Position numbers and translations under genes: made by a program. Positions 35,459-49,468 of a stretch of DNA of 64,000 bases are shown one piece after another (positions within the stretch are counted from its first letter, which is position 1; each line of letters opens with the position of its first letter). The notes under the pieces were generated by a model, which saw nothing but the letters and a program-made list of their open reading frames with translations, was not told where the DNA came from and did not search any database. This DNA is from Raja brachyura (lineage: Eukaryota): positions 27,590,001 to 27,654,000 of the forward strand of contig OY740795.1 of assembly GCA_963514005.1 (NCBI GenBank). The letters run 5' to 3'.

Positions 35459-35658
35459 ATGTCTAACTATTTTTACTATTTAAAGAGTCACGAATCAAGA
35501 GTGTGTTATTGTCATATGTTAATATATATATATATTTGAACATATAACATAAAACACTCTTGATAGTTTTATTGTCATATGTTAATATATATATATTTTA
35601 ACATGACAGTAAAACACTCTTGATTCGTGACTCTTTAAATAGTAAAATAGTTAGACAT
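35459..35658. repeat. AT-rich near-perfect palindrome with internal duplication
   Basis: ATGTCTAACTATTTTTACTATTTAAAGAGTCACGAATCAAGAGTGT is mirrored at 35614-35658 with one indel; two internal (AT)n-centred hairpins. Confidence 0.95.
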
Positions 35659-35914
35659 TTGCAATGCCATTGCATAATTATTAGAGTCATGCACAGTGCA
35701 ATGTTTGCATGTTGAAGCCAAAATAATAACTAGTTCTATTACAGTTGCCTTTTCAAATTTACAAAGTAATCTCAGATATTTTGCAAGATTCGTTAAGATA
35801 GTCTTTTATAATTATGTTGATGAAAAAATTCTCAAGAAAAGGGTATTTTAAATCACATCAATAATTAATATTTCAGATTCACATTAGTATAAAGGGGACA
35901 TATGTTGGAACAAA

Positions 35915-36352
35915 AAAAGCCACAAAGTGATGGAGTAATTGTGTAAGGCAGCATCTCTGGATAACATGGATAACATGAATAGGTGAAGTTTTGGGTTCGG
36001 ATCCTTCTTCAGACTAATCATGGTGGGGGTGGGCGAGAGAGGTAGTGGGAAGAACAAAGCCTGGCAAGAGATAGGCAAATACAAGTGAGGGTGCTGGAGT
36101 GGGGGGGGGTGAGGGGAGGATGATGATAATGATAAGGAAATGGTCAGACAAAGGCCAGAGATGAAGAGACAATAAGTGTGAGATGAAAATAGAAGAGATG
36201 CAAATGGTGAAGCCGGAGGAAGGAATATAAGTGGAAGGGAACGGGGGCCGGGGAGAAATGCGTGTCAATCAAGGTGAGGCACAGGGAAGAGAGTGGAAGA
36301 GGGAGGGGGTTCTTCATAGATTAGTCACTGAAATTGGAGAATTCAATGTTCA
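35915..36352 (-). mobile_element. Long Penelope-like pLTR including the GIY-YIG end
   Basis: AAATTGGAGAATTCAATGTTCA (minus NIEFSNF), purine-rich tract, core GGTGAAGTTTTGGGTTCGGATCCTTCTTCAGACT. Confidence 0.8.
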
Positions 36353-36394
36353 AGTTAAAATAATGCCACAACTAGAGCAGGTTGTTTATTGATA

Positions 36395-37200
36395 TATGAC
36401 CATAAATGATAGGTGCAGAATTAGGCCATTCGACCCATCAGGGCTACTCGGCCATTCAATCACGGCTGATCTATCTCTCCCTCCTAATGCCATTCTCCTG
36501 CCTTCTCCCCTTAACCTCAGACACCAATACTAATCAAGAAACTATCCATCTTTGCCTTAAATATATCCACTGACTTGCTCTCCACAGCCTTCTGTGGCAA
36601 TGAATTCCACAGATTCACCGCCCTCCGACTAAAGAAATTTCTCCTCATTTCCTTCCTAAAAGAACGTCCTTTAATTCTGAGGCTATGACCTCTAGTCATA
36701 GACTCTCCCACTAGTGGAAACATCCTCTCAACATCCACTCTATCCAAGCCTATTGGATTTGGATAATCTGATTTACATAGAACAAAGAATATAGAAAAGT
36801 ACAACATAGGAGCAGACCCTTTGGCCCATCATGTCTATGCCAATAAACCAATGTGATCTGCCTACACAAGATTCATACCCCTCTATGCCCAGCATATCCA
36901 TGCGACTATCTCAAACCCTCTTAAATACTACCATCTTTGACCACTTGCATTCATGGCACGCCATGCAAGTAGGGCAGCACGGGTCCGATCCTGGCTTCGG
37001 GTGTTGTCTGTACATAGTTTATAGGTTCTTCCCGTGACTGCGTGGAGCTTTCTGCGTGTGCTCTCGTTTCCTCCCACACTCCAAAGACGTACAGGTTTGT
37101 TGGTCAATTGGCTTCGGTAAAATTATACATTATCCCTAGGACTTGGAGGGCCGAATGGCCTGTTTCTGTGTTTTTCTCTAAACTAAAGGAAACTAACTAA
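36395..37200. mobile_element. CR1 3' fragments (minus) and a SINE (plus)
   Basis: ORF 36517-36807 ERMFPLVGESMTRGHSL..WNSLPQ; SINE core from about 36980. Confidence 0.85.
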
Positions 37201-37999
37201 ACAAAACCTATTTAAATTAGTGTTATGCCTGGTTTATTTTAAATGTGGGATTCACAACAGGTTTTAAAGATAATTTAAAGTGATATTACTGGTAAGATTG
37301 CAGTCCTGTTGATAGATGAGATCCCCGAATAATAGTATCTTGAATGACATGTGGGTTGATTGATTTATTTTGGAGCAAATTTTACTCCGTTAAATTTGAT
37401 TTACTGCTTCAAGTTGTACAGGGTAAAACAACTTGCTAGTGAAAATAACGTTAGATGTTGCAGCATAAGTTTTGACAACTGCAGTTTAGAGTGCAGTCTG
37501 ACGTGAATTACATGGTCGAATTACATATTCTTCTATATACCCCAGGCCATTTCCAGTTTCTCAACGCATTGCTGTATTTCTCTGACAATGCTGACAGCTT
37601 GCTAAATTGCAATAGAAATGGATAATAATTTATTCTCACAAGGAAAGTGCAATCAATCTTATATAATTCTGGAAAAAAGAAGACATGTTCATACAGTTTC
37701 AGATGGAGCCTTCTGAATCAGGTATGAAATGTGTTAGAATTGCATGTTATTGAGGCCGGTAATGTGAGGATAGATTTTTAATGTCCACATATTGTGCAAC
37801 GGGTTTAACCATTAGGAAATTCTCGTGTTGCTGCAGTGTATTTTTGCAATGTTGTCACTCCTCACCCTATCAAGCACCATGCATGTGGCTGTCAATAGAG
37901 TGCTTGTTCTCTTCCCACTGCAGGAAGCTAAGAAGCCAAAGAAACAAATCAATTTGTAATTGAAAAGCAAATTACTGTGGATGCGAGAAATACTAAACA

Positions 38000-38470
38000 G
38001 ATCAGATAGCATCGCAATCGAGTTGACATTTCTACTTGATGGCCTGCCATCAAAAGTTAGAAATAAATGTTTTTTTAAGTTATAGAAATGGATGGGGTGG
38101 AGAGAAGGAAAGGAACGATCCGAAAGGCTGGTGACAAGGAGAGATAGAAGATACAGATGATGACAGTCTGGCTGAAAGAACTAAGTGAGGGATGTCTGAA
38201 AGAGGTGAGAAGAGGAGGGAATGAATTAAAAATTGATGTGCTGGAAGAGGAGGGTGAAAGGAACAGCTGGAACAATGAGATGCTGGAGTAGAGTAGATGA
38301 TTATCTGAAATTGTTGAATTGAATGTTGAGTCATGGAGGCTACAATGTTTCTAGTCACAGGTTCAGATACTGTTCCTGGAATTTATCTCAAGCTTTGTTG
38401 GAACAGTGTAGGAGGCCAACAATCTAGAGATTAGGATGACAGGCAACTGGAAGTCCAGGGCTATCCTAGG
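38000..38470 (-). mobile_element. Degraded Penelope-like 3' region
   Basis: TTATCTGAAATTGTTGAATTGAATGTTGAG (GIY-YIG end) and a purine-rich pLTR tract. Confidence 0.55.
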
Positions 38471-39199
38471 AACAGAATACAGCACCGCCAGGCTGAATTT
38501 GTTTTCTCTCAAGAAGACCAAGGAATGGCCAATAATATTGTTTAAGATGATGAAAGGCTTTGACAAAGTGAATGCAGAGAGAATTCCAAAAGGGATATCA
38601 ATAGGAACATATTTATCCAAAGAGATGTGTGACTGTGTGACTCTCTACCATAGGCTGTGATTAAAATGTATAGAATGGATACATTTAAAAGGGGCTGAGC
38701 ATTCAGCTGAGGGAAATGTGAAGGAATAGATTTAGGTGAGTGAGAACAGTCTTTAGTGGAACTAATTGAGCCAGATAGATTATTTCTGTACCGTGTGTAT
38801 AAATTGATTCAATGTAGGTCCACAAAGGAAGGAATTTTATTAGTAGTTAACATAAGGGATCAATTTCAAAATATTTAGAACAGCAAACAGTTAATTGTGT
38901 TATATGAAAAATATTGTTACTATATACTTATAAAAAAATCCGAAGAATTGATAAACCGTTCAATTGGTCGCTGGAAGTACAGAGAATTTGGCACATATTT
39001 GTGACATTTAATTCCCCACAACTTAGAGCGGAGGTGACCATCGATATAAGACATTGATTTTACTATACATGTTAATTCTGCTTCTCAGCCACATTCTAAG
39101 TACAGGAGCAGACATGCATGAAATTATAAAATATGTCCCTCAGTTGTTGAGACAAAGGACAATACAAGTTTTCTGTTAACCAACTTTAGGCATTTTGTT

Positions 39200-39690
39200 C
39201 ATAGAAACATAGAAAATAAGTGCAGGAGGAGGCCATTTGGCCCTTCAAGCCTGCACTGCCATTCATTGTGATCATGGCTGATCATCCACATTCGGTAACC
39301 CGTGCCTGCCTTCTCCCCATAAACCCTTGATTCCGCTAGCCCCTAGTGCTCTATCTAACTCTCTTTTAAATTCATCCAGTGAGTTGGCCTCTACTGTGGC
39401 AGAGAATTCCACAAATTCACAACTCTCTGGGTGAAAAAGTTTTTTCTCATCTCAGTTTTAAACCGCCTCCGCTTTATTCTTAGACTGTGGCCCCTGGTTC
39501 TGGACTCCCACAACATTGTTTCTATAAGATCCCCTCTCATCCTTTTAAATTCCAGTGAATACAAGCCCAGTCTTTCCAATCTTTCCTCGTATGACAGTCC
39601 CGCCATCCCCAGGATTAACCTCGTGAACCTATGCTGCACTGCCTCAATGGCAAGGATGTCCTTCCTCAAATTAGGAGACTAATTTGAGGA
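39200..39690 (-). mobile_element. CR1 3' fragment
   Basis: ORF 39391-39669 LSYEERLERLGLYSLE..; tail CATAGAAACATAGAAA. Confidence 0.9.
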
Positions 39691-40619
39691 AGAACATCCT
39701 TAATCTATCAATTAATTAATTAAATAAGAAAAGTTCTGTAGTTGTCAATTACAATATATGTAGATTTAAGAATAGATGGGACATTAATGACATTTTAAAG
39801 TCATTTCTAAACTAGTCGTTAAGAAATTAAGAAAAATAAGTTAAGCTGTACATGGAACTTACCAACTACTTCATTCTAAGGTTAATATCACCATGGACCT
39901 CATATTGCTTTCTGGAATTACTGTATTTCTTTTGGACATAGCTTGTTGAAATTAATATCACAGAAGCAGCCTGGTTTCATTTAAAAACTCTTCCTAAAAA
40001 AAGAGAACGTTTGCAAATGGAACTTAGTTCTGGATATTCGCCCACACCAAGGTGAATGTGAAGGATTCAAGCTTTCATTATTACATGAACAAGATAAGAT
40101 TACCAGATCACATTACTGACACTTCTATTGAGATTTTTTTTCTAAGTAAATGCTTTATTAATATGTTTGAGTGTCCAAGGTCAGGATCGAACCTAGATCA
40201 TTGGAGCTGTGAGGCAGCCACTCCACTAGCCACCCAACTGTGCCACCATCACAATAAGATTAGCACGATTGAAGCCCATGGGACTGGCAGTAGTAATGTG
40301 TGTACAAAACTGGGGCATGGATGAAGGTGATCAGTAAACCATAATTTTTAGGCTGGGTAAGTACAGAGGGAAGTTTCCTGGGCTTGGCATGTGGACTACT
40401 GATTCTTTTGATGTAATGAGCTGAACATGCGTGTGCAGAACATAATTTCAAAGTTTGCAGATGGAGTAAACATCAAAGATGATACAACAACCCTCACGAG
40501 GACATAGACAGGTGAAATAACACATTCAATTTACTGCAGAGATGCTAGTATTTATTTTGGCAGTATCAAGCAATTTTAATGGAGGTTCGAGAACAGAGAC
40601 CTGGGTGGAACCCGTAATG

Positions 40620-40862
40620 GCCCATTTTTGGCTGAGGAAAGTGTTCCACTGGTCGCATCCTTGTATTGCTCTTGTTATCACATCTTCCCACCCTTCCTGA
40701 CGTCATCTATTGCTGGCCCTGATTTGTTCTGGCCTTTTCTCGCCTCCAGTTTATTCCCCCTCTACATTCAGTCTGAAGAAGGCTTCCAACCCGAAATGCC
40801 ACCTATTTGTTTTCTCCAGAGATGTTGCCTGGCCCGCTGAGTTGCTCCAGTGTTTTATGTCT
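40620..40862 (+). mobile_element. Penelope-like pLTR
   Basis: CAGTCTGAAGAAGGCTTCCAACCCGAAATGCCACC followed by the family tail. Confidence 0.75.
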
Positions 40863-41674
40863 AAAAGGCAACATACCATTTGCCTTCCTAATTGCTTGCT
40901 GAACCTGTCTGGTTACTTTCAGAAATTTGTATTTGAAGGACAACCAGGTCTCTCACCATTTACAAGTTAACTCCACCTTTGTACTTTGTCTACCAAAGTG
41001 CATTAGCTCACATTTTTTCAAGTATTATTCCAACTGTCATGATATTGTTATGTGTGTCAGTCCCACCTTAAGGCACCATGAGTTAGTCATGATTATAGAT
41101 ATCTTTATCAGATTATCCCATTACAAAGCCACCTATCTGACAGTCATGAATGCCATTCACCTCTGACACCGAATAAAACGTTTTAGTTCCAGAAGCCACA
41201 TGTCCCTACAATGTTCCCAGTACTTTCCTGATCATCTCTTAACGAAAATTGATTTTGTCCTAATTTTCTACTGACAACGAGACAGGAACAGCTGACTGCT
41301 GCTTTTGCCGATAAAAACTAAGCCACACTTTACTCAGGGAGTTGGTGGATGGCGGGGGCTACAATTAGTACAGAGAAAATTTGTAAACAAGAACACTGAT
41401 TCAAGATGAATGCTTTTTACAGACCAAATGTGTTCTTGTCTGTGCTCTCTGATTTCCATAGTAAAATAATATGGGAATTTTTATCCCAATAATGGGACGA
41501 TTCTGAAGACATAATCGTCCTTTGGAAACACAATGAGTTTTAGTCTATTGATTTAAACCTAGTACTTAAAATGACTTGCATCATTATGTTTTGTTTGCCA
41601 AAAGAGCATTATTCAACTTCAATTACATAATTACTATAGTTAACTCATTTTTCTCTGTCTGTTGCATTTACTAG

Positions 41675-41772
41675 GTGAATTAATCATTTATAAGGTGTAT
41701 GGGCAATTGCTTAACAACCAATATGTAATGCTTCTTGAACAGAGGAGGATGCCGGCCCTCAAGAAAGATTAA
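41675..41772 (+). CDS. Candidate terminal exon
   Basis: Acceptor TTTTTCTCTGTCTGTTGCATTTACTAG| with TTAAC upstream; phase-1 frame GELIIYKVYGQLLNNQYVMLLEQRRMPALKKD*; AATAAA follows. Confidence 0.25.
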
Positions 41773-42650
41773 AAAAATAAAATACTTGTCCTTCTGTTCA
41801 GTTGTGGAGCCAAGCCATACAAACAGAGGGGGAAGCAGAACACAGCAATTAGTTTCAACAGCCAGGACAACAGAGAGTTCCAAGGCAAACCGTGCAATAA
41901 CATCACAGCGAGTCATTTCTAGTCTATAATTTTTTGTTATATTTTCACTGAATATTTCCTTGCTTCAGCTCATTATTGGGGCCCTTTTCCCTTACCACTA
42001 TAACAATGAGTTACATTTTGCCTTTGTGAGCATACAGTTCTACATCTGTGGCATGAATATCTTCACGGTCTTAAGGAGAGTGCGAAGAAATTAAACGAAA
42101 CATTTGCTGTGACATGTATATGAATGTTTAGAATTCTGTTTCCATGGTGATGCAATTTTTCATGCTTTCATCATGCAACAAATTATGTGTGACTGCTAAG
42201 TATTTTGAAGTGAAACGTGACACTTGATTATAGCAATAGGAAAGGACAAAACAGAAAAATTTGACACGAAATGTACTGTGCCCTGGACTACTTAGAGCTT
42301 AAATGTATCCATTTTCATCTGTCGAAGAACGCTCGTACAATTATACTTGGATGCCTTTACTAAGATATGTATTGTCATAATCACTCTGAAAATACTATTT
42401 AATGGAAGGATTATAAGCATTAACAGAGACTGATGCTACATTTCTGAATTACAAGGATGGTGAGACATGCAATGGTGTAGCCTTCTGCAGGGTCAGCTAT
42501 GAAGTATTTCTAAAGATCAAAGGGCTACTGTAAAGCGGCCCGTGTAAATAGATGAATTAGTGGAGTTGGCATGCGAGGGAGAATAAATGACACGGAAATA
42601 AGTCGTGGAATGGTATTGAAGGGATTGCTCTGAGAGCCAGTAAGGACCAA

Positions 42651-43520
42651 TGGCGCAGCGGTAGAGTCGCTACCTTACAGCGCCAGAGACCCGGGTTCGA
42701 TCCTCACTACGGTGCTGTCTGAGTGGGGTTTGTACGTTCTCCCTGTGACTGCATGAGTTTTCTCCAGGTGCTCCAGTTTCCTCCCACATTCCAAAGACGT
42801 GCAGGTTTGTAGGTTAATTGGCTTCTGTAAATTGTCCCTTCGGACATTCCAAAGGTTTGCCATTCTCCGAGTGAAGATATTTCTTCCCATCTCCATCCGA
42901 AACGGCTGCCAATTATTCCAAGCTGGTGTGCGTGGTTCGCAAGTGGGGAAATGTCTTACCTGAATTCAGCTTGTCAAACCCTTTATGAAAATTGAGATCT
43001 CCTCTCATTCTTCAAAACTTCAGAAAATAAGGTATCTGTGTCACAGTGGTAGAGTTGCTGCCTTACAGGGCCAGAGACTGATCCTTAACCATGGGTGCAG
43101 TCTGTACAGAGTTTGTTCTCCCTGTGACCACGTTGGTTTTCTCTGAGTGCTCCCAAAGACGTGCAGGTTTGTTGGTTAATTGGCTTCCGTAGATTGTAAA
43201 TTGTTCCTAGTGTGTAGGATAGTGCTAGTGTACAGGGTGATCACTGGTCGGCTTGGACTATGTGGGCCAATGGGCCTGTCTCTATAAAGTAGAGTCTAAA
43301 GTCAGTCCACTCATCCTCTCCTTAAGTAGCAACCCTACAGCCCTGTAACGATGCTGTTGAATCTTCACTGCATTCCCTCTGTAGCAAGTACGTTCTTTCT
43401 AAGGTAAGGAGACTCAAAACTGTATGCAATGTTCCAGGTGTGGTCTTACTAAGGCCCTTTGAAATGTCACAAACACTCTCTCTTTCGAAAAACTCGGAGT
43501 GCCGTTAGCCAACATAGAGA
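42651..43520. mobile_element. Two tRNA-derived SINEs (+; 42651-42842, 43040-43300) with degraded CR1 (-)
   Basis: A-box TGGCGCAGCGG and B-box GGTTCGATCC; CR1 motif LVRPHLEHCIQF. Confidence 0.8.
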
Positions 43521-43879
43521 AGCTATTAAAAATGTAAAACATTAGAACAACAAAATGTTTCTTCCTGTACTGATACGTGCAGAAATGTTGGCAATTAGTA
43601 TTCAGATACCAATTGTAACAAATATTTAATGACAATCCCATGCCACGGAGAAATTATCAATGAATTGTTTATTACAGCTTTCGATGAGATTCAATGGTAA
43701 CCTTTTATGATTTATGGTTTTGTTACGTGTTATTTCAGTGTGTCTCTATGTGATGCAATTTCTAGATTTGAATACAATGAAAACATATTTTCATATTGAC
43801 ATAGTGTGGCATAATTGCAGGTCAGTAGACACCAAGGAACACACTTGTTTGGTCAATGCTAAATGATGGGGCAATTCTA

Positions 43880-45090
43880 TGTTCGAAATTGGACTTTTGC
43901 GTGCAGCTCTGATCGCATCATTACAGGATAGATGTGGAGGCTTTGGAGAGAGTACAGAGTGGCTTTACCAGAATGATGCCTGGATTACAGGTACAGAAAG
44001 AAGCTCATTAGTTCATAAGTTATAGAAGCCAAATTAGGTAATTGGGCCCATAACCCTTAACACCCGTACAAATCAAGAATCTATCAATCTCCGACTTATA
44101 TTAAAATATTAATTGACAGCCTTCACAGACTTCTGTGGCAATGAATTCCTCAGATTTGCCACCCTCTGACTAAAGACATTCCTCCTCATCTCCTTTGTAA
44201 AGGTACGTCCTTTTATTCTGAGGCTATGGACTCTGGCCCCAGATTCTCCCACTAGTGGAAACATCCTCTCCACATCCACTTTTTCCTGGCCTTTCACAGG
44301 TTGGATAGACTTGCATTGTTTTCTTTTTAAATGTCAGAGATTGAGGGGAGACTTGATAGAAGTACAGTAACCCCTCGTTGTTACGGATCTCTTTATAACG
44401 GATTTTGTTTATAGTGGACAATGTTCACCGCCAGTGATGACACCCCGGCAGCTTCTTTGACGACACTTGGTAACGCCACCACTGGCCCACACAGCCTCCT
44501 CAGGCACGCCTGCCGCCCCTGGCTCACCGCCTGTGTTGCTGTAGTGAGACCTTGGGGCTTTGTAGCCTCGAGGAGGTAAGTCCTTGGTATAATATTTCAG
44601 CTGAAAAGGCACCTCTTGCTCAGCCTAAATTTTATTGTTTCATCGCTACACATGAAATGCCATATATAACGGATATCTCAGTTATAACGGACAATTGGCA
44701 ATAACAGATGCCATTCCCCCCCACCCCCCCCCAGGTCTTTTATAACAAGGGTTTACTGTATATAAAATTATGAGGTATAGATAGGGTAGACAGTCAAAAC
44801 TTTTTCCCAGAGTGGATGTCCAACACTAGAGGGTATAGCTATTAGGTAAGCAGGGGGAAAGTTTAAAGGAGATGTGCGAGGCAAGTTTCTCACACAGAGA
44901 GTGGTGGGGGCCTGGAAAGCATTGCCAGTGGTGATGGTGGAGACATATAAGATAGTGGTGTTTAAGAGGCTTTTAGACATGGATGTGCATGGAATAGAAG
45001 GATAAGGATCACATGCAGGCAGATGAGATCAGTTTAATTTAGCATCATGTTCGGCCCAAACATAGTGGGCCGAAGGATCTGTTCCTGTGT
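43880..45090. mobile_element. Cluster of CR1 3' fragments on both strands
   Basis: ORF 44109-44297 CR1 C-terminus; plus-strand CR1 split by the MITE at 44365. Confidence 0.8.
44365..44758. mobile_element. pogo/Tigger-like MITE
   Basis: TA TSD; TIRs CAGTAACCCCTCGTTGTTA / TATAACAAGGGTTTACTG; subterminal ATAACGGA repeats; splits CR1 at GATAGAAGTA|TATAAAATTATGAG. Confidence 0.85.
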
Positions 45091-47089
45091 GTAACCATGA
45101 CCAGCATTGAAGATTCAGACAGTGTTACAATATCCAATAATTCAAATACTCTTTAGCAATAGGAATTCTGAATCTTTGAAGTCAATGCTAAATTATTCTA
45201 TTTATTTGGTGTTCCATCCATACCTGACTGGATCAACTATAAATAAACAATCTGTCAGAGTATGTTGTCATGTAACAAACAATAAACCACTGAGATGCTG
45301 AGACTGAGACTTCTACTGTATGTTTGAGATAGTCTAAATAATTTGAAATTGCAATCTCTGTTTGTCATGTAGCATGGTAACTTTCTAACATGATCCAAAG
45401 TCATAAATCGGGTATCAGTCAGGTGTGTCAACTTACTTTATATTTCCTGATAGAAGTATATAATATGAGAGGCATCGATATAATAGACTGGCAGAACCCT
45501 TTCCCCGTGATAGAAATTGCAAAGACTAGAGGGCATAGCTTTAAGTTGAGAGGGGCAAAGTTTAAACAAGATTGTGGAGGACTTTTTTTAACATTGAGTG
45601 GAATATGCTGCCGGGGATGGTGGTGGAGACAGGTACAATATGTCCAGCATCATGTCCAGCACAGACAGTGTGGGCTGAAGAGCCTGTTCCTGTGCATACT
45701 GTGGACATCTTGATTTTATCATGTATAATCTTTCCACTGTCCAGAGAGCAGTCCTGAGTCACCACCTACATTTAAATTAAATGTTATTCACTTCATCCTG
45801 TATCTGTACACTGTGGATGGCCCGATTGTAATCATGTACCTGTATAGTCTTTCCACTGATTGGACAACACGCAACCAAAAACCTTTTTGTTGTATCTGGG
45901 TACGCATGACATTAAACAAACCTGAACTAAACTAAAATGTTCTATGTTCGGTGATGAGAATTACATCCATCATAAAGAAAGATACTGTTATTCAGCCGTT
46001 GGAAAGATTTTCACTCCTAATACTTATCTGGTCCTTTTTATATTTTTAAGTTTTATTCTTCCGTCTAAACATGTTCCATCAAAATGATGTCATTTATGAT
46101 TTAGATACATGTACATCTATGAATTTTATCACATAAGCTTGTGCAAAGATGTTGTCTCTTGCTTATTATAAAGCAGAGTTGGCAAAAGGAAGGTAATAAA
46201 GAACAACCTGTCAAATCCACAGAGAGACACAAAAAGCTGGAGTAACTCAGCGGGTCAGACAGCACCTGTAGAATCCACATATTGAAGCTTCTTCCAAATT
46301 TCCTACTCTAACTTCCACGCTGCCAGTGGTAATGGTGGAGCCAGATGCTATAGTGGCATTTGGGAGGTTTTTGGATAGGCACATGGATATGCCAGGAAAT
46401 GGAGAGATATGGATCATTTGCGGGCAAAAGAGATTAGTTTAACTTTGCCTTGTATCCAGCACGAAGATTGTGGGCTGAACGGCATGTTCCTGTGCTGTAC
46501 TGTTGTATGTTACCGGCTGTAATTAATACTTTAAAGATATAAATATTTTAATAAATATTTCTTATAAGACAGAGGGAGCTAAGCTCGGCTGAAAGTAGTT
46601 TTGTCTGTAGTTCATAAAAGAGCATCTTCCTCCTCCTGTGAAATACTTTCAGTGTTTTATTACTTTAAAGATTCCACATAGATGCAAATTGTTGTTATTG
46701 GATCTAAGTAAATGCCATTATAAAATAAATAATGAATTAGCATTAATTGAAGCAACATGAAAAAGAATAATAATATTCCAATCTGTATCTCGTTGGCTTT
46801 CCATTTACTGAGGAAATCACATAGATTGTTGTACCAAATGAAAAGCTATTCAACATAAATTTAATGTAGTAGATAAATATTAGCAAATGTTGTACTTTAT
46901 AGAATGTAGCATTTTATCTCATATTCAAATTCTGAAAAGCAATGAAGACCATTTTTGAAATTATTCTGTATTCAATTTCTCTGTCCATTTTGGTAAGTTT
47001 TTGCTCTAAAGTTGAACAAGGAGCCCGTTTCAGATCCCCATTTGCATCATTCGTCTGAAATTATGGTAGGAGGACCTGACTATTTTCGA

Positions 47090-47460
47090 GAAAAGGCACA
47101 AAATCAACGGTCCAGGCAGCTCCTCTGGAAGTCATGGATAGGCGACGCTTAAGGTGGGTCTCTTCTTCAGATTGATTGTAGGAGGGAGGAGAAAGGTGGA
47201 AATATGGGGATGGTGCCAAAGTCCGGCAAGGGATAGGTGGATAGAGTTTGGGAGGGTTTGTGTGATTTGCAGATAGGTGGACAAAGGTTAGAGGTAAAAA
47301 GGAGACAAATCGGTATCAATAAGGAGGGAAGTGAAATGTGAAGCTAGACAAGGGGAAAGGGGCAGGGAGGGATAGTGGGAGAAAAGGGTGCGTGTCTGTG
47401 GGGGGTCACAAGGAAGCGGGGAGGGGTGGGGTGTTTTGTATCTAAAATTGAAAAAATCTA
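47090..47460 (-). mobile_element. Penelope-like pLTR
   Basis: GGATAGGCGACGCTTAAGGTGGGTCTCTTCTTCAGA followed by a purine-rich tract. Confidence 0.7.
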
Positions 47461-48251
47461 TATAACTGCTTTAAATCATGCCTCTCCCTTACACTTCAAG
47501 GCAGATATTGCAACACTTAATAAATGTCCTATCGCACAACAAATCCAACACACCATATTTAACTCAAATAATACTAATTACAAAGTGTCAGTTTGCAACA
47601 AATATATCAATCATATCAAATATGCTGTTCTTATAATTGCTATTCATTGATATTGTACAGGAACGCACAGGGCAGGAAATATTGTGAAAATCATGGATCA
47701 AATCTATGACTAAATTTATGTTCATTTTAATGGGTTTAGTTTTATAAGTATGTGAATGGGTTAATAATGAATCAGTATGATTGAAATGTTCTTAGACACC
47801 ATGGAATTAAGCTTCTTTGGAGCCTTTAAGTAGTTGCTAAAGGGGTTTCTCATTTCCTAGATTTTCTGTGATTATAACCATGGTTTGTTCGTTTCACTAA
47901 TAAGTGGTGTAGCCTATGGTCAAGATTTACGATTTTCTTGGACAAAAATTTGCACAGACCTTCACGCCTTGTTGCCAGACTGTGGAGGCTATGCTTTATT
48001 AATGCTATTGGGGATTCAATTTCACCTTTATTGTTTGCCCTTTGCTGGATCGCATCCACTTTCTTTGTTTGCACCTGTTTAATCTTAAATGTCTGGTCTC
48101 GCAATGGCTGGATTATAGTTGGTAGGGCGGGTGGGGGGATGGAAAAGTGAGGCTAGGGGTGTGGGGGGGAGGGGTATAAACCTTTTTGTAAATTGCGAAT
48201 TACTATAGATGGCCTGAAAATTATTGTCCACTGAACTTTGTAATTTATCCC

Positions 48252-48347
48252 GAAGATAAGCACAAAGTGCTGGAGTAACTCAGCGGGTCAGGTAGCATCT
48301 CGGGGGGAAAAAAAGATGGGTGACGTTTCGGGTCAGGACCCTTCTTC
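48252..48347 (-). mobile_element. Penelope-like mini-insert
   Basis: 10-bp TSD AATTTATCCC (48242-48251, 48348-48357); minus core GAAGAAGGGTCCTGACCCGAAACGTCACC. Confidence 0.85.
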
Positions 48348-49062
48348 AATTTATCCCATTCCATCCCCAGTTTTTGTTTGTGTTTGGGAAATTACTTAGA
48401 ACCAAACAATTTATTATTCAGTTCAAACACAGGCAAAAGCCTGATCTGGGCATTAGGGCAAGAGTTTCTGGACATAGCACCATATATCTTGTTGATTATC
48501 CTTGTAAAATTCTGTCAGATTATCAACTGCCTGTCGGGGATTAGGAAGCTCTGAGAGAACTCCCTTGGGTTTTTTTTAAAGTTAGTTAAGCAGATACTGC
48601 TTTGCTGTTTATACCACACAGTGTTAAATACTAGTGAAACCACTTACGCAGCTGCAACTGCTGATACGGCCTACAGCTAAAATACCACAAAATTAGAACT
48701 GGCTAGGTATCAACCGAGAAAAAATTACAGTTCTGCCTGACATATGCCAACATTAAAATGCAGATACTGCAAAAGGAAAGATTAAAATGTAAATGATGAT
48801 TAAGAAAGTATTGCAAAAACATTCTTCTTTTGCTTATATTTTTTCAACCATTCTGTGACTCGGTTGCAAAACTATGCCGTTAGTCACTCCGGTAACAATC
48901 TTAATTGATGTTCATTGAGAAACCCATTGCAGATGACAAGTCACTGCTGCCAGGGCCAATGCTTTAACCTTAACTAGTCACAACACGGATTTGTATCAAC
49001 ATCCGTCAGCCACGGGGCGACAGATTCACTACCCCTAAACACCTCGCATGTACTGTTTCACA

Positions 49063-49249
49063 TTGTGTTGGAAAGAACTGCAGATGCTGGTTTAAATCGA
49101 AGATAGATACAAAATGCTGGAGTAACTCAGCGGGACAGCAGCATCTCTGGAGAGAAAGAATGGGTGACGTTTCAGGTCCAGACCTTTCTTCTGACTGATC
49201 TTCAGAGATGCTGCCTGTCCTGCTAAGTTACTCCAGCATTTTGTGTCTA
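49063..49249. mobile_element. Fold-back Penelope-like pLTR insert
   Basis: TSD ACTGTTTCACA (49052-49062, 49250-49260); inverted arms. Confidence 0.85.
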
Positions 49250-49468
49250 ACTGTTTCACAGTGTCATGTATTTATAAAACCCTAACATTAGTTTTATATT
49301 TGTTCTGCCTTCAGTCAGCTTCAGATTTAACCATTGCAAAACAAAGAAAAACTTAATGAGTTAATCATCTTTATGAGTATGTCCTAGACCTCACACTTTC
49401 TGTAATCTTTATCTGGCGAGTTAGAGTTTACAAAATACATTTTTTTGGTGTTGCATGGATGGAGTAGT

